Shown piece after piece: positions 62,215 through 64,000 of a stretch of DNA of 64,000 nucleotides. The notes beneath the pieces were generated by a model that made no database searches, was not told the DNA's origin, and was given only the letters and a program-made list of their open reading frames with translations. How positions within the stretch are numbered: position 1 is the first letter of the stretch; every line of letters begins with the position of its first letter. Origin of the DNA: Somniosus microcephalus (lineage: Eukaryota); NCBI GenBank assembly GCA_052327205.1, contig CM126204.1, positions 28,458,001 through 28,522,000 of the forward strand, given 5' to 3'. Position numbers and translations under genes: made by a program.

Positions 62215-63619
62215 AGTCATGCCACATTCTGATGCCTGTTGCAGCAGGAGTCGCCAGAAAACATATTGGGGGCAAGGCCGAAGACCCTGGGCAATCTTCA
62301 GTACAGTTCATGCTTCCTTGTTGGCTCCCAGAGATACTACTGGGTGCTTTGTCACCCCACACTCTCTCTGTAAATTCCACCCCAACTCTATCAGGTGAAT
62401 ATAAGTGAAACAGTGGCCATAAGGGGACTGTCAAACACACAATCTGGCTTTATTCCCAACTCCACTCCCGCACAATGGTTCTGAAGATCATCCAAGCCTT
62501 ACCATCCCAGATGAGCCACACAGACCAGGAAGGTCCCAGATTCAACCCTTATTCCACGCCGAGTTTTCTGATCTCAGCCAGAATGACTGTAGGACTGCTA
62601 CAAATGCACCTCTGGGTTAAGGAGTAGGCGGAAAAATAAAAAGATCAGCCAGAGCTCCTACTCTTGGTCGCCAACTGCTGGAAGTACATCTGGGTGGACG
62701 GCAGATGAGACAGATAGGGGCTCTCGCATGAATGATGATCACTTGGGTGAGGTCTTGGAGGGTACCAGGCAGCTATGGAATTGCAATCCAACAAGGTAGC
62801 AAAACATTTAGCAGAGCAAGGGAAGGGGAGTAAATTGGCAAGGAAAGCACATTATGTGAAGCCTACAGAAACGTTTCAAGTCTGCCGATATTGCACAAGA
62901 TTTTAAGGAGTCAACTAACCTTCCGATTTTGTTATAAGGTGTTTTGGTGCGGACATCTCCAACAGCTTCAACAACAGCTGTAGGCTCTTGTCTGCTTTCA
63001 GTAAAGGTAAGTAGGCATGAGTATTCAACTTCCACAAGGCATCTAGAAGGGGATGCAAGAACCAAGCCAAGGCATTCTGATCCCCACTGTCAAAGACACT
63101 AAATTAAAGGTTAAAAAAAAAATCACAGGCAGGGTCATTATTAGAGAAAACACATGGGGAATTATAAAGTGTTTACAACAGCAGAGCTACTTTAATGATT
63201 AAAGACAAAGATTTCACTCTAGCCTCTTATTACATTAGCTGTGCAATGTCAAAAGTTTCTGAAAAATTGAAGTTATGTAACATTTATCTGAATGAAACAT
63301 CACATAAAATAGGAACACCGCTTTTTTACTTTTTATGGCATGACATTTTTTTCATTTTGAGACATGAATAGACACTTTCCATCATCACAGTCCCGGAAGG
63401 CTGCGGTGAGTATGCACTTAGCCAGGTGCTGGCCTGCTCACTCACCAGCAAGTATAGCTGGACTGCTAAAGGGGTAAAGGAATTTGCTCTTCTACCCGTA
63501 CCCCGCTCACCACAGTCAGGCAGTCACGCAACTTCTCAAACACGTCTCGCATGCAAATGTGTCCGCTTGCTGGTATTTAGCAATGGCCTTATCCACCATG
63601 AATAATATAATCCTTTCCC

Positions 63620-63945
63620 AGTTCATTTTGGTGGGAGAGTCCAGACCAAGGGGGCATAACCTCAAAATTAGAGCTAGGCCGTTTAGGGGTGATGTTGAGA
63701 AGCACTTCTTCACACAAAGGGTAGTGGAAATCTGAGACTCTCTTCTCCCAAAAAGCTGTTGAGGTTGGGGGGGGGGGGTCAATTGAAATTTCAAAATGGA
63801 GACTGACAGGTATTTGTTAGCGAAGAGTACTATGGCATATGGAACTGAGAGGGGTAGATGGAGTTACGGTACAGATCAGCCATGATCTAATTGAATGATG
63901 AAACAGGCTCAAGAGGCAGAATGGCCTCCTCGTGCCCCTATGTTC
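63620..63945 (+). mobile_element. CR1 3' fragment
   Basis: GESRPRGHNLKIRARPF..FFTQRVV peptide and gatcagccatgatct tail. Confidence 0.85.
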
Positions 63946-64000
63946 CAAAGTAAAAAAAAAAAATCCTCAACTCCTTTCCCTTTACTTGAAGATTCTTCCC

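Overview
Repeat-dense eukaryotic genomic DNA. The repeat content (CR1 LINEs, HE1-like V-SINE, SacSINE1-like Deu-SINEs) points to a cartilaginous fish, probably a shark. Ten internal coding exons of TARBP1 (Trm3-type tRNA Gm18 2'-O-methyltransferase) lie on the minus strand between 3186 and 42887. They have GT-AG boundaries and consistent phases, totalling 1550 nt (about 516 codons); neither end of the gene is in the window. The introns hold many CR1 copies, L2 and other LINE fragments, a fragmented Penelope-like element, three tRNA-SINE families, several MITE families and a solo LTR. One CR1 is apparently full length (44429-49380), with an 80-bp 5' tandem array, a zinc-finger/SGNH-esterase ORF1 and an APE-RT ORF2. 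Highlights: (1) an in-phase U_UUA_AAC slippery heptamer at the ORF1 stop, with ORF2 open in the -1 frame, a candidate programmed frameshift in a LINE; (2) minimal hammerhead ribozyme motifs in Penelope-derived termini, including a 95-nt stand-alone insert with a perfect 14-bp target-site duplication; (3) MITEs that repeatedly carry CRE or RFX X-box-like motifs and intron-like splice signals. Family names come from recall, not database searches.
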